This document shows positions 1 through 14,029 of a DNA stretch of 64,000 nucleotides, one piece after another. The first letter of the stretch is position 1. Every line of letters begins with the position of its first letter. The stretch comes from Mobula hypostoma (taxonomy: Eukaryota), in the NCBI RefSeq assembly GCF_963921235.1, contig NC_086108.1, forward strand, positions 45,076,001-45,140,000, read 5' to 3'. The position numbers and the translations under genes are program-made. The notes beneath the pieces are model-generated. The model made no database searches. It worked only from the letters and a program-made list of their open reading frames with translations, and was not told the origin of the DNA.

Positions 1-89
1 GAGAGATTTTCAGACCATGTAAAAATTTCTTGCTCAGAGCAATGGTTGATCTGTGCAGCTGTTTAAAAAAAATAGAGGGAATATTGTTC

Positions 90-597
90 TTGACAAACTT
101 CAACTCACTTAGAATGCTGCTGCTAGACTTTAACTAAAACTAGGATGAGGGCGCATATCACTCCCGTCCTAACTACTCTGCATTAGCTTCCTATATCTTT
201 TAGAATTGATTTCAAAGTTCTCTCACTTATTTTTATAGTTATCAAAGGTCTGGGAGTGGAGTTCATCACAGAATTGTTTTCATTTTATAATCCTGCTCGA
301 GCTCTCAGGTCTTCTTCCGCCGGTCTCATAAATTTAAACAATCTCCCTCAAAAGATTATAGGCAGGTTAGCGTTTTAGAACTACTGTTCTAAACTGTAGA
401 ACTCAACACCTAAAACTACAAAGGATGCAGACTCAGTTGACACTTTTAAATGCCAGCTCAAAACTGATTTATTTATCTTTCCTTTTAACTGACATTTTTT
501 TTCATGTTTGCACTTTATCCTGTTGTAGAAAATATTGAACTACATCATTTGTATGGAAAGTACACTATAAATAAGTCATTATTGTTATAATTATTAT
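90..597 (+). mobile_element. L2-clade LINE, degenerate 3' end of ORF2 plus tail
   Basis: Frameshifted translation gives NAAARL..KTRMRAHITPVLTTLH*LPISFRIDFKVL...RALRSS...KL*NS...ADSVDTFKCQLKT.LF, the typical L2 C-terminus. It ends in ataaataa and (att)n-like repeats. Confidence 0.8.
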
Positions 598-913
598 GCT
601 TTAGTGCTTAATACTTAAGAAATATATGGCATGGCATTGCGCCAACAAATAATATTGAAATTTTCATTTTTGTTACTTTTTGGCACACCATTGCATATCC
701 TTGTTAATGTTCCTAACGTGCGTACATAACAAGCTTTGTTTGTATCTTCAGTCTAAAAAGTGGCAACCCAGTACATACCTTTAAACTATTTATTCACAAA
801 GTACTCCAAATGTCTTCTAACCTGACAGAAATTTCAAGACTCTGTTCATCATATTATCCTTCAATAAGTGTCGTAAAAGGTGTCAGTATCCCAGGGGAAA
901 GTGAATAATGATC

Positions 914-1281
914 TAGATAGATAGATAGATATACTTTATTGATCCCGAGGGAAATTGGGTTTTGTTACAGCCGCACCAACCAAGAATAGAGCATAATTAT
1001 AGCAATACAAAAACCACAAACAATCAAACAACAAAATGCAAACTATGCTAGATGGAAAATAAGTCCAGGACCAGCCTATTGGCTCAGGGTGTCTGACCCT
1101 CCACGGGAGAAGCTGCAAGTTCGATGGCCACAGGCAGGAACGATCTCCTGTGCTGCTCAGTGTTGTATCTCGGTGGAATATGGCCGAAGTCCAACAGCAA
1201 AAAGTTAAATATCCGGTCTACAAACCCGTTCCTCGATTGTAATATGACCCGTATTGCACCATCTGTTGTTAACCAGAACAG
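914..1281 (-). mobile_element. Rex/Babar-like LINE 3' end with (ATCT)n tail
   Basis: Minus ORF 1084-1323 contains PRYNTEQHRRSFLPVAIEL, the Rex-type C-terminal motif. AATAAA and an (ATCT)n microsatellite lie at about 914-940. CpGs are retained, so it is fairly young. Confidence 0.65.
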
Positions 1282-1344
1282 GATCTGTACCAGATCTGTA
1301 GAGAATCTGCATCCTAACATCACTGCCCATGAAACCCAGCAACA

Positions 1345-1580
1345 ATGTCAGAGGTATGGTTTTTTTTTACACACGGAGTGGTAGATGTATGGAATGTGTT
1401 GCCAGGGGTGATGATAGAGACTGATGCATTAGGGACATTTAAAAGACTCTTAGATAGGCACGTGGATGAAAGAAAAATGGAGGGCTATGTGGGAGGGAAA
1501 GGTTAGATTGATTTTAGAGTAGATGTGAAGGTTGGTACAACATCATGGGCCAAAGGGCCTGTACTGTATTGTTCTATGCT
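1345..1580 (+). mobile_element. CR1 LINE 3' end fragment
   Basis: Degenerate FFT.RVV..WN.LP motif, followed by gggcc.aagggcctgtactg...ttctatg, the CR1 3' hairpin and tail. Confidence 0.75.
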
Positions 1581-1704
1581 CCATAAAAGCACAAAACTAA
1601 GTTGGAAAGGGTAATACAGCAGAAGTGACAAAGAATGAAAGAACAATATATCAGGAGTAACACGTAATATGTAACCTAGCACTGATGACCCAACATTGTT
1701 AAAG

Positions 1705-1885
1705 ACTGGAGGTCAGGTCATTGGGTGTATTTAAGGCAGAGATTGACAAGTTATTGATGGTAAGGTGGGTTAAGGGTTACAGGGAGAACATGAGAGGAAG
1801 AAAATCAGCGTTATTGAATGGTGGAGTGGACTTGATGGACTGATTAGCCTAACTCCGCTCCTATATCTTATGGTCTTATGGTCTC
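1705..1885 (+). mobile_element. CR1 LINE 3' end fragment (second subfamily)
   Basis: gtcattgggtgtatttaaggcagagattga...aatcagc..ttgaatggtggag...ctcctatatcttatggtcttatggtct. Same 3' end as the copies at about 19000 and 38450. Confidence 0.75.
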
Positions 1886-2204
1886 AACATGTGTAAACCA
1901 GTGTTACTTTCACTGTCCTCATACGTTACTACAGTGTTTTATAAAACCAAAGCACAGAACGCTGGGAATACTCAACAGGTTAAGTAGCATCTATGAAGAG
2001 GGAAACGGAGTAAATTGTTGAGATTGATGTCATTTAGTTAATGGAAAAAGTGCCTTTTTATCAGTAAAATAATTGACAGTCTTCTTTGTTTTTGCCTTTA
2101 TTATCATGGCTGTAATCCACAATGGATTGTAGTTGTTTTTATGATTGTGCTTGGGTGGACATGCCGAAGAATTACTGAGATGTAGTTAAGCTATAGTTTG
2201 ATAT

Positions 2205-2525
2205 ACTTTAAAGATTAGCTTTATTTGTCATGTGCATATCTAAACATCGAAACATACAGCGAAATGCGTTGTTTGCGTCAACAACCAACACAGTCCAAAT
2301 ATATAGTCTGGGGGCAGCCTGCAATTGTCGTCGTGCTTCTGCCTCCAACGTAGCATGCTCACAGCTTACTTTACACTAAGCTGTAGGTCTAGGGAAAGTG
2401 GGAGGAAACCAGAGCACCTGGAGGAAACACATGCTGTCATGGGGAGAACCTATAAACCCCTGACAGACAGTGATGGGAGTTGAACCCTAATCTCTGATTA
2501 CTGGCACTGTAAAGCATTATGCTAT
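2205..2525 (-). mobile_element. V-SINE-like tRNA-derived SINE
   Basis: The reverse complement contains gttctccccatgac...gtttcctccaggtgctctggtttcctcccac (V-domain-like), shared with the copies at about 6200, 32800 and 34900. Confidence 0.7.
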
Positions 2526-4289
2526 CATACCAATCTGCTTACTACAAATGGATAAATTAAATGGTGCAAGGTGTAACCCAAACTAAACTGGATTTGGTTG
2601 GGAGTCATTAAACAGTGACTGGGATTTCCCAAGATGGTTATGTTCAGAATAGGAGTGAATTTTACGAATATCCCTGGAGTGTGGTTTGAAAAAGCTTTGA
2701 ATTTTTGGCATGTTTAAATGCAGAAGCTTAGATGACCCTTAAAGCTTCCCAATGATGTCATTTAATGTATCCTCCAGTCCTAAGTTTTGGTGGCTAGATG
2801 GACCATGATGTTCCTTACCTTTAAAGAGAATACTATTCTTATCCCAAGTCCTTGTAAGTTGTCTCATCGATATATTCCTTTCCAGCTAAGGAATGCCAGA
2901 AGCCCAGTACAGTTCACTGGTAACGCTTCCACCTAGTCCACCAGCTCAAAAGAGACTACAGGTTGGTCTGAAAAGTCACTTTGATAGCAGTTTGCCTCGC
3001 GTCTGTGCCTGTGATGCCTTAGTGGTTGTTCATTTTTAAATGGTGGAAAGTCATGATTTTATCTGTGCAGCTTCAAGCCTAGACATGCACTACTATAAAT
3101 TAAACATGGTTACAGATGGGCATTAGGCGTGCTTTTTTTGAAAGCAGGATTTCAGATCTTCACATTGTATCCAAATCTTTCAATACCATCATCAAGCTGA
3201 GATTGCTGCAAAATAAAACTTCAGTGTTATTAGTAATTATTAACCCGATCCATCCTGGTCATGTGATTTATGATTCCACTGTATATGCAGTTAATTTGCC
3301 ATAAACTATCCTCTATACTATTCATCTTCCAGCTTTGGCAGCTTTCTGCAATATAGAGCTCAGCTGCTTGTCTTGTAGCTTTCTGAAATTCCATTTTAAA
3401 TAGCTTAAATATACTGTGAAATCTACCCTCACATCTGCTTTTAATACCACACATCTCAGAATCTGAAAGCATTGGCAGTTGGTTTGATGGGGGGTTGGTG
3501 GGGTGGAATTGCTGTGAGTGGGAAGTAGATGAACTGTATTCTATAGCAATTGCCTTTTTGCCTTAAGTACCTTAAAGAATTACAGGAGAAAATTAGGTAT
3601 TGCTAAAATTAAACAACAAAATAAAATCACTTGTAATTATCACAGTTTGAGATGTGGTTGCAGGCCATCTGTACATCAGGGATAATTTCCCAAATGGGAG
3701 AAAAAGGATCTGAGGGGGAAGATCAATCGTATGCGTAGAGATAGAAGCTTTAATTTATTTTCAGCATTCTGCTATCCATCTGTTTTAAATACAACTTGAT
3801 TTTTGAGGGGTTGGGGGTGTGTGTTTTTGGTAGGGACAAATAGGGTTTGCCCACACAACAATGCTTTCAACATTTTCTAAATTTGTATACTAATGTCTTC
3901 AGTTTTTAAATTGCATTAATCTCTCCAACACTGGGCTGAATTCAACTGTGGGCCCATCTAACTTCTCTGTCAGCAGCCCTGGGACAACACTCAGCACTGA
4001 TCTCAATATAACATGGTCTCAAAGACCATATAGTCTCCTTACTAAAAACAAACTGTAGGTGCAGCAAAAACAATTTAAAAGAAAATTGAAGCTCAGAAAA
4101 AATGATTGATCCTTTTTGATTGTATCTGCAAACACTGCAATTGTACATCTTGTGGAGGAGAGTAATATTAATGACTTTGTGTAACTTTGTTTAACTTTGC
4201 TGACACCAGATTTATTGTCAGTGTCACGGGGTTGCGATGGTGAACATTCACAATATTGCTATTTTTAAAACTGTAAGTTCTGGGCCATT

Positions 4290-4675
4290 ATTCTTAGCTA
4301 TGCTACAAAGGTGGCAGTATAGCCTTTGATCCAGTCAGTTCAAGTTCAAGACTCATCCAGTCACAACCTTAAAAATCTAGTCAGATCTTGCTGTAGGTTG
4401 CTATTTTCAGATGTGACTTTAAAGGTCCTTTTCATATATTATATATAAATAATCTCAAGGCAATCTTTTGCGGAAGAGCAGGGGAATAATCTCTGGTGAC
4501 TTGGCCAACATGTGTCTCTTGGTGAATGAACATCCTTAAAATATGATTTTATGATGTGGGTTTTATAGGAGTTTACAGTACAGAAATTGGTAGCAGCATT
4601 TCCTACATTACTGGTTTTAAAGAGCTTTGATAAAACTTAGAAGCCACTTTATAAGTAAGAGTTATTTTTCTTTTA
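4290..4675 (+). mobile_element. Deu-domain SINE (AmnSINE/SacSINE-like), old
   Basis: gaagagcagggga...ctggtgacttggccaacat...aaattggtagcagcatttcctacattac resembles the Deu-SINE core and tail. Confidence 0.6.
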
Positions 4676-4919
4676 CCTTTTAGGGCTATATTATGCCCTA
4701 TTGTTAGGACTATTGTTAGAATCTTTCAGCCATGCAATCTGGTCCTGAATTTAGTCTGTCCAATATGTTGAAAGAAATATCAACCGATCAATTCGGTCTA
4801 ATCCATTTCCTAGGCTCAAAGCACACAGAATTTCCAAACCTTATGAAATAATTGGAGTTAATAGTTGACCTCATTCAGTTTGTCCTTAAAGTTTGATGCA
4901 GTAGTCTGAGGAAAAATAT

Positions 4920-5290
4920 AACCACAGAGATTCTGCAGATGCTGGAAATCCAGAGTAATGCATACAAACTGTTGGAGGAACTCAGCAAGTCAGACAGCAT
5001 CAATGGAGAGTCAATGATTCAGGCTGAGACCCTTCATCTGAACAGGAAATGAAAGATGAAGAAGCCAGAATAAGAAGGTGGGAGGACAGGAAGGAGTACA
5101 AGCTGGCAGGTGGGAGGAAGCTGGGTGAGTTGGGGAGAGGGGATGAAGTGAGAAGCTGGGAGGTGATAGGTGGAAAAGGTAAAGGGCTGAAGAAGAAGGA
5201 ATCTGATAGGAGAAGTGAGTGACCATGGGAGAAAGGGAAGGAGGAGGGGCAATAGAAGGAGATCATAGTCAGGTAAGGAGAAGAGAGACT
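4920..5290 (-). mobile_element. Penelope-like element terminal repeat with degenerate hammerhead motif
   Basis: The minus strand has a pyrimidine-rich tract, then cagatgaagggtctcagcctgaatcattgac, then gatgctg.ctgacttgctgagttcctcc. Homologous to 46137-46596. Confidence 0.7.
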
Positions 5291-6164
5291 TGCCGGTCAA
5301 AGATGTTGCCCCAGCTGCAAGGACTGTTTTGGGTACTGAATGGTGGTAGTTTGTTATCCATATAATGTGTTGTGTGCGGAAGTGGCTAAAGCCCAACTAA
5401 AAGCTATTCATACGGCATGACAACCTCTTAACCTTGATCAGAGCAAAAAAAAACTTCATGAAGTAATGTTGCAATTATTTTCCACTTGTCAGAGCAATGT
5501 TTTCAGTATGAAAATCAACAGATTGAATGATATTGTAATCTGTGATGGTAAATTTCAAATAGTTTTGGATGTTACCTATAAGCAGGATTGCCTAATGAGC
5601 ATCTAAGTTTGTAATTTGTATTTCATATTGATTTACATCAGAACTCAGTAACAACTATGAATACCTTGCAGATATTGATGTGGGCAAGTGTCCTTTTCAT
5701 CAGTGTTTAACATAGATGTCGGAAGTCATCAGCCGCACCACAATCAATTGATCATAAACAACAGAGACTGAGAATTGATGGAGCTGGTGCTGTGGGCTTG
5801 CTGGAGATCAAATGTGGGAATTAGCAGTCATCAGAAGTTTCAGTGTGGAATGAGCAGAGAAATACTTCTGCTCTTTATGTCTATACATTGTGATAATCGG
5901 CAAAAATTTTAAAATGCCATTTTAAGGGCAGCCCTAGTGGTCCCATTAAAGGTTAGAGTTTTCCTGATAGAATTGACCACAACATGAACAGTATACGATA
6001 GAAAGAGCACCTGGTAACAGGCCAAGTAGTCCAAGTCTTCGTTATAGCAACTGGGTATCTAGCAAAGCTTAGTCTCAGATGAGGGTCCTCTGATGATACT
6101 CCTTCTCCCTCTTACACCATCCTAAATGGAAAATGGTCATATATATATTTCATATATGGTCTGT

Positions 6165-6470
6165 TGCAGCCAACAAGCATTTAATTAGCAATTGGGGTTC
6201 AATTCCCAGTGCTATTTATACGTTCTCCCCGTGATCACGTGGGTTTCGTCTGAGTACTCCATATTTTTTTTTTCCAACATTCCAAAGATATACGGGTTGG
6301 GTTAGTAAGTTGCGGACATGCTATGTTGGCGTCAGAAGCATGCTGCCACTTGTGGGTTGCCTCCTGTACATCCTTGGACTATATCAGTCCTTGCCACAAA
6401 TGATGCATTTCACTAAATGTTTTGATGCTTTGTTGTACTTGTGAGAATAAAGTTAATCCTTTTAAATCTT
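6165..6470 (+). mobile_element. V-SINE-like SINE
   Basis: B-box-like ggggttcaattccc, then cgttctccccgtgatcacgtgggtttc...ccaaagatatacggg, and a 3' aataaag. Confidence 0.7.
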
Positions 6471-8269
6471 TTTTTTCTTCAATCCATCAGAGTGAAACAG
6501 ACCTGAACTTGGGTCCCAGAGGCAGCATTGTACCATCCAACCTCAAAGTAAAGCTTCCTAAAATTTAAATGTTAACGTACAGCATCAGGCACTAATTTTT
6601 CTGGCTTGTTTATTATTTTATTAGCCAAATCAAAATTATGAATGCTGCTCATTGAGGAGTGGGAGTGCATTAAAATTTTTTAAAAATCAGGAATTTAACC
6701 TCATTTTCCATAAGCTCTCAATAGCACATGATATAACATTTTGCTCTGTTCCTGTATTTTGTCAATTAAGTTCAAACTGAATTGAGTCACCTTAGCCTGG
6801 CAAAGACCCAAGCTAAATGCTGTTTGGTGCTCAACTTCTTGACTTTCTTAAATGGATCCAATAATACATATATTGTACTCAGTACCCTTCCTCCCAAAAA
6901 AAAAGTACATTTGGAAAAAAACCTTCTCAGCTTAATTGAGTTGTTAAACCTATCTCATCGACTTCTACTAAATCTTAGCTATAAGTGCAAATTCTTCACA
7001 ATTACAGTGGCTCGTGCTTGCTCTCTGAAATGGGTTGATCATTTCCTTTGTCAGCCATATTATTGGTTAGTTACTATTGTTTTTAATCACATGAATTGAT
7101 CAGCAGTTAATCATCACAACCCGATTGATCAGAGCGCTGTGACCTCTGCCATATCATTTTGTACTCTTACAGCTCCTGTCTGTCTCTGGTCAATTTTCTG
7201 CTGGTGTGTACTGCTGTAGATCCCTTTTGGTGTACATCCCATTCCCATGACCTTTTCAGCCACGCCGTACAAATACCTCAGCCACGAAAACCTTTTCAAT
7301 TATTGTTGTACATCTTGCTGTTTTAATAACGGCTATGCCATCTGCCCTGGTGTTATCCAGTGATGTCTTTTTGCACAATCTCTGGTCTTGTCCTCAGAAG
7401 AATGTCAGCTTCTCATACATTTTGTCCTTAGATGGCCCATGAATCATTTCTCCACTTTTGAAGTAGTTTCCACAACCCAGAAAATACTTTAAACCAGATT
7501 AATACTTTCAGTATTTTAAGCCAAATTTGCTTTTATAATATCAACAATTAATTGGTAAGGCAAAGTGAATACTATTCCATTTGATTCTGATATATTACGT
7601 GAGAATCTATTCTATAGTCGCTTTGTCAATACCAGCTTCACTAGTCTTATTACTTCATGCACACTTAAGAGTTTGGATCGTTTAATTGTTAACTACTGCT
7701 AATGGAAAATCTGTTTCACGTCTCAACTAGCTGCTGTGCCAGGCATAAGCACTGTCTGGAACACAGTCTAAAGGTGGTGTTTACTAAATTAAAAAGCTCC
7801 GGAGTGGCCGGCATTAATTGGAAGCTTGAAGCAGGTGCTGTGTTAATGCTCACCATCTTGTATGTGAGTATACCATCTCCTCAGTGTGACAAATACTTTT
7901 GTTATTCAGCTTGCTTTCAAAACACCCATGGTTGTGATTTATACTTTAATGTCTGTATTTAATTAGTAACATAAAATGAACTTCTTTTCTCCAGGCAGTG
8001 ATCCAATATTATATTATTAGGTTATTTGTATAGAACAATCCAATTAACCTTCAGGATAAATGGAGTAGCTACTCAGTTTTATAATGTGGGATCTTGTTTT
8101 TGCCTCCATTTTATACCCTTGCCTCTTGGCACCAATGTTAGTTCTATGGGTGTTGACAGAGCTTTGATATTATGCCCAAGTAGCGAATTGTTAAGGGTGA
8201 GTTCAGAAAGGATTTTCATCTCAGTCCTGAATGCAATTTATAGTCATTGCATTAAGTCATGAAGTTATG

Positions 8270-8565
8270 TATCAGCCTTGAATCATTGGTAGCACTCTAC
8301 CAGAGTTAGAAAGCCCATTGGGCCAAGCTTTGTCAGAGATGTCCTTTACTCAATGAGATGTTAAGTAAAGGTGCCAACTTTCTCAGTTGAGTGTACCAGA
8401 TCTAATAGTAGAGTTCTGAGGGGAACAGGCAGATCATTCAAAGGTCTTGCCCAATGTTTATCTGTTGTCTGACAAGATTAAAATGCCATTGTTTGGCTAT
8501 TTTGTTCGTTGTTATTTAGGGGACAACTGTCCCAGGCAATTATTGACTGCTTTAATTCCCTACCT
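8270..8565 (+). mobile_element. Deu-domain SINE, old
   Basis: ttggtagcactct..cagag head, then gagatgttaag...ggtcttgcccaatgtttatc...attgactgct..attccctac. Similar to 4290-4675. Confidence 0.55.
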
Positions 8566-8597
8566 TAACCTGGCAATTTAAAGAACCTGAAGATTAT

Positions 8598-8800
8598 AGT
8601 TGCTGTTGTTCCTTTTCTGTGCCTTGTGGCACATTGGGTGGCATACCTTGCCATTTCTTTAGCATTCTTGTGTGTTTTTTTTTTATGAGGCCGAGTTGCT
8701 AACTCGATGCTCAACCCAACACGGGTGGAAAGAGTGCAGGGTGCCAGCCAGATTCGAACCCAGGACCATACCTCGAAGTCTGGTGCAGATGCCACCAGCC
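8598..8800 (-). mobile_element. tRNA-headed SINE
   Basis: The minus strand reads ggtggcatctgcaccagacttcgagg...ctgggttcgaatc (Pol III B box), then gttgagcatcgag.tagcaactcggcctc, an A-tract and a (aac)-rich tail. Confidence 0.6.
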
Positions 8801-11019
8801 AGCATGAAGGGGGGGAAAATTAACTGAGTAAGAACAGATCAAAAGTAATGCAGTAGGAACATAAGAAAAGGGATGAGTGTCTATTTAGGAAGCAGGAGAA
8901 TTGAATATTTAATCTGAATGTCATTAGCATGTGAGCAAGTAATTCATCAGATTGGGGATTTTATTTCTGAAATCAACTGAAATGAGAATTTCCTTCCCTA
9001 ATCTGCTGGCCTCACTCAATGAGAGACAAAATGTGTTGCTTTCTATTTGATGACTATCCAGTCATACTTGCTGTTTCAGATAAACAATTAATGACCTTTA
9101 GGAGACCCCTAGTTAGGACATTCCCTTTAAATCCATTTGATCTTTCAAATCTGATAATCTTGTTATATATTTGGCTGCATAGATTCTCATCTGACTGAAA
9201 TGATCTTAGTTACATACATGCATCAATATGGAAATGTTCAAAAAGTTACGGAAAATCCCACTGATTTAAAATTAGTTTTATAATCCAGAGATTGAGCCAA
9301 ATATAGATTGAGTATTCAATCTGTATTGAATAAACTGTTCTCAGGCAGGGAAGCATGATGTGTATTGTAATTAGCCTCACCATTTTTTGGCTGCAGATTG
9401 TTGAAAATTAATTGGATTCCTTGCCTCAGGTTACTGTTCTGTTGTCATTGCTGGTGAGTTTGCCTCATGTCAAGTAAGGACAGTGATATTCCCCTTGATA
9501 ATCATACAAGGTTGAATGCTCCTCTCCAGGTTAGCAGAACTTTCGCACCATTCAAGCCTAACCATTCTCTAATGAACATGAGTTGCTGATGTCAATTCGG
9601 GTATTTAAAAAACCCCAGTCTGAAGGGGAAGAATCCTGTTACAGTACTTAGCAAGCACCAAAGATCTGCTGAGATGACCATCTGCAGGCTTCAACAGAAA
9701 TGGAAGCTGCAGGTTATCCCTGGAGATGATTGCAGGGAGAAGAAGCTCTCTTCAATCAATGAAGCATACCTGGGTCATTATCATATCTTCTTAGGGCTTC
9801 CTGCTAGTTTTCACAAGGTGGTCTGGGAACATAGCAGTAGAGAGCAGAAGGAAATAAGGCAAATAAAATATTTACACCACTACCACAGTGATTGCCCTTA
9901 CAGGTGGAGGGGGCAGTAGCTGTTGTGAGAAATTGGGAAGTTGGCAAGGGTAGAAAACAATTCCATCTGAGGAACAACATGCTTCTTGAATTGAAATAGA
10001 CTAACATTAGTGCCTCACTAATTACACATACGAATGATCTTCAGCCATTGTGTAATGTGACAAGCACTGAGAAGCACTGCGGCGGGATTTGAAGGTATCA
10101 GTAAAATAGGTAAATGACCCATATGGGAAAATGTGCAGTAAATGGAAATTAGGAAATGAAATGCTCCAAGTGACAAGAGAGCATGTTAAGGGGCAGGGTG
10201 CCTTGTTGTGCAAGTGCCCACCTCTTCAGAAATGGAGAGGAAATTAGTGAGGCAGTACAAACAGCAAGTAGAATCAGGAAACATAGCAAACAAAATCAAA
10301 GTGTAATATTTAACTTGTTGAAGAACTCAGTTTTGTTACACTTGGATCATCATATGCACTTTTTGACATCGTATCTTAAACAAATGTTCAAGCTGAGATT
10401 GATTTGCAAAGAAACTGGAGTTAAGAAGTTTGGCTGGTGATCGTCTTTCAAGCCCTTTGAGATTATGATCAGATTTGATAAGATAAGTAATGTCTTTCTT
10501 ACAGTATTGGTAAAGTGGTAATTTCACAGCACAAGTTGATGAGAATCATTAGGATTTCAAGGAGAAGTAAGAAGTTGTGTTTGGGGCAAAAAGAATGTGA
10601 TTTGTCTCCAACTGATGTTGAAGGAGTGAGTGCAAGTACTTCCAAAAGGGGATTAAATAGCTGCTTAATTAAATTCTCATGCCTGCGTATCACTGCGTTA
10701 GTCAGGGTTCCTCAATGTGTAGTTTTCCTGAAAGCAAAATTTACTGGATAATCTGCGCCAGGAATTTTTTCCTTACCATCCAATGATGTATTAGTAAAAC
10801 ACTCTACCCAAGGTACCTTAGCAAGCTGAGAGCAATCTGCTAGGTTGCCAAAACAAACATCAAATTGGAGTGAGTTCCTAGGGTTAAATATTAATATAAT
10901 TGTAAAAATTGGCCCTCTTTAGAATAATGAGTGATTTTATTGTAATGATATAATAATGTCAACCACGTGTTAAAATAATTAATCAGAAATGAACATCACA
11001 ATAAAATCAGTATTCTTAT

Positions 11020-11470
11020 TAGAGGGTATGAGCTGTAAGGAGAGCTTTGACACACTTGAGTGGTTTTCTCTGAAGCACTGGAGGCTGAGGGGAGACCCAA
11101 CAGAAGTTTATAAAATTATGTGAGGCATAAATAGAGGAAATAGTCATTTTTTAAAAAAAACCAAGATAGAAATGTCAAATACTGGAGAACGTGCTTTTAG
11201 GCTGAGAGTGTGAAAGTTTAAAGGAGATGTTGAGGTCAAATTTCTTCACACTGAGAGTGGTAGGTACCTGGAAGATATAGCTGGAGAACTGGTGGAGACA
11301 AATTGGATGGTGGCCTTAAAGAGGCAGTTAGACAGATACATTGATATGAGGGAATGGAGTAATACGGGTCATGAGCAAGTAGAAGAGCTATAGTTTAATT
11401 TGGCATTGTGTCATGCATGGACATTGACTGAAGAGCCCTTTTCTGTTTTTTACTGTTCTATGTTCTATAT
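11020..11470 (+). mobile_element. CR1 LINE 3' fragment, old
   Basis: Degenerate FSL...RLRGD..EVYKIM.GI motif and a ctgttctatgttctat tail. Confidence 0.7.
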
Positions 11471-14029
11471 TCTTTTTGCAGCTGCTTTTGAAGCATATTC
11501 AGGAGGGGGATATTTGGCTTATCAATTCTTTGCTATTCCGTACATAGCAATCCAGTGAGTCTTATTCCTTAATTATTTCCCCAGAGCTCTGCAAATAATG
11601 TACTTTCAAATATTTATCCCATTCCAGTTTGAAAGCCAGAGAGGAATCTACATCCAGTGTATTTTCATATAACTGCTCACCAGAAAACAGTTTTTTCTTC
11701 ATATCGCCACTGGATCATTGGTCAATTATTTTAAATCTACCATTTCTTGGCCATGTTTCCATTTCTCAATCTATCTTGGTTAAATCTCCTTTAACTTTCT
11801 TTGCTCCAAGGAGGACAATTATAGGTTCTCTGTTGTACTCTCTTCGTAAATTCCTGCACATACTGAACAATTTTAGTAAATCTTTTTGAAATCCTTTGCA
11901 TTCCTCAGAAGTGCAATGACAATATTTGGATATAATAGTTGAGGTTTTTTTTCAAAACCATTGTTTTATAAAGTTTTTCCATTATTTCCCTACTTTTGTA
12001 TTTTTATGGCTCTGCATGTGAAGTCCAGGAACCCATACATTATTGCCAATTATTTTCTCCATCTGCCTACTACTTTTAAAGAATTGTGTGACTACTGGTT
12101 TCTGTTCCTATACTCAGGATTATATAATTTAGTATATATTGACTCTGTTCATTCTTAATGCCAAAATGCATGCCTCCTTTTTAAAATTAAAATCCATCTA
12201 CTACATGTATGTTCATTCTATCCGCTTATGCTCTTCTGAAGTCAACTTCTATCCATCTCAAGATATTTAGAACTAAGATAAAACAGTGTTTTCAGACATT
12301 TATGAAAATTGCTAATATCTCTTTGCAGAATAGGCACAACTTTTAACTAAATAATTGAGAGCCTGTTTGGATAGTTTCAAAGATTAGTTTTCTTATATTG
12401 CAGAGAATTGAGAATAAAAATGAAAATATTCAGAGTGTGGTAAAGATGATACAATTTGAGAGGGCTATTATAATGGGGAGAAAAGTGAAAGGCTATAAAC
12501 AAAATGAATATTGTAGACTAGTAGTTAAAGATTTTTATTAATATTTTGCTCATGGAAATGTAACAGTCCAATTAATATATAAATAGATACTTTTCAAGAA
12601 ATATACCTAAAAATAAAACAATAGTCAGGGATTACACAGTCAATGATTTACTACAATGGATCATATAGGCTGAGCCTTTCAGTTAGATGGTTAAAAGCAA
12701 ATCGACCAACCTAAAAGAAACAAGTTTCTCAGAGCTAAATGCATTTCATTGTTCAACATTACAATCTTTGGAAGTCAGAATGTAAGGCTGACTTTTAACA
12801 TACTGTAACAATTTAGAAAGAAAAACAATGAATATAGAATTTCTTTATTAATAAATACACTGTGGTTTTTATATTATATTGTTCATGCAGTACAAACTAT
12901 TAGCTTCGTTGCTTTCTATGTTTCTGAGAATATTTGTGTATGTTAGAAGAATGATTTCCCTACATCAGATCCTGAGGCACTGTGTTCCGGATCTGGACAA
13001 TTGTGCTGTTGATTAAAGTTCGTAATATTTGAATTCTAAAATCCCTTTTAATAAGAAACACTTTAAAGCAATTTAGAATTAAATATATATATTTTTTGTT
13101 CTGCATCAAAGCCAAATGAAAAATCAATCACATAATGACACATCACTCTGGGGAACACTCTTCATCTGTTCTGGACAAGGATTTGTAATATAGAACAATG
13201 CTTTTTCCTGTCAATTTACTGCACTAAAGAGATTGAGTCATGTTTGGATGCAGTGCCATGGGTGTTCTTTGCCTTCCAAAACCTCAACCAAAGAGAAGTT
13301 CTTCATAAATGAGTGATGACTTCAATTATTGGCAGGGATTTTGACTCTGAAGGGCATTATTACACAGTTTGAGCCATGCATGCACACCAGCAAAATTTCT
13401 GCAGAAGGTATCAATCATTTTTATTCTGCACAGTTTTGAGGATATTAACTGAATTGTGATTCTCCAGTTTCACAATTGATTGAGATCAGCCAACTTGTCA
13501 TATCCTATGCCTATACAAATCAGTAATGAATAAAAATTAATTCTTGAATTTCCATGGTACTTTTCAACACCTCAGGTCATCACAAAACACACCACAGCCA
13601 TTGTAACCAAGAGTACTCTACTGGCATCAACACGTTGGAGATCAGTGATCTCAAACTTTTTCTGCTTGTGGCCCACTTGTGACTTTGATTTACCTCTGTG
13701 GCCCCCACCTTCCATAGTCTCCATTAGTAGCTAAAGTTCATTGTGGTAAGCTCTACTAATTATTTTAACACACAGCCAATATTTATGTTTTAACAGGTTA
13801 TAGGTATCATTGTATGTTAAGCAGGTATATATGAAAAATAAACTATTTCAAAGCTTTGAATGGGATACTTTATTTTTAATATATATAATATTCTTCCAAC
13901 CTGCAATGAAAAAACACTTAATATTATTACTTTGTGTATTTAGTGCGATTCTTGCAATTGATACAAACTAACTGGTTTTTGAATATCTGGTTGCAACTAT
14001 CTTCTTCAGGCCCAAGTTAGTCAAATGAC

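Noticed and set aside
910..1286. GATCT as TSD of the Rex-like element
   Set aside because: Only 5 bp and overlapping the (ATCT)n tail, so it cannot be distinguished from chance or microhomology.
5000..5396. Pro/Ser/Leu/Phe-rich ORFs (also 46130-46550 and 47142-47348)
   Set aside because: Translations of pyrimidine/purine-skewed repeat UTR or low-complexity DNA.
8740..8800. tRNA gene
   Set aside because: A B box is present but there is no complete cloverleaf, and it continues into a SINE body.
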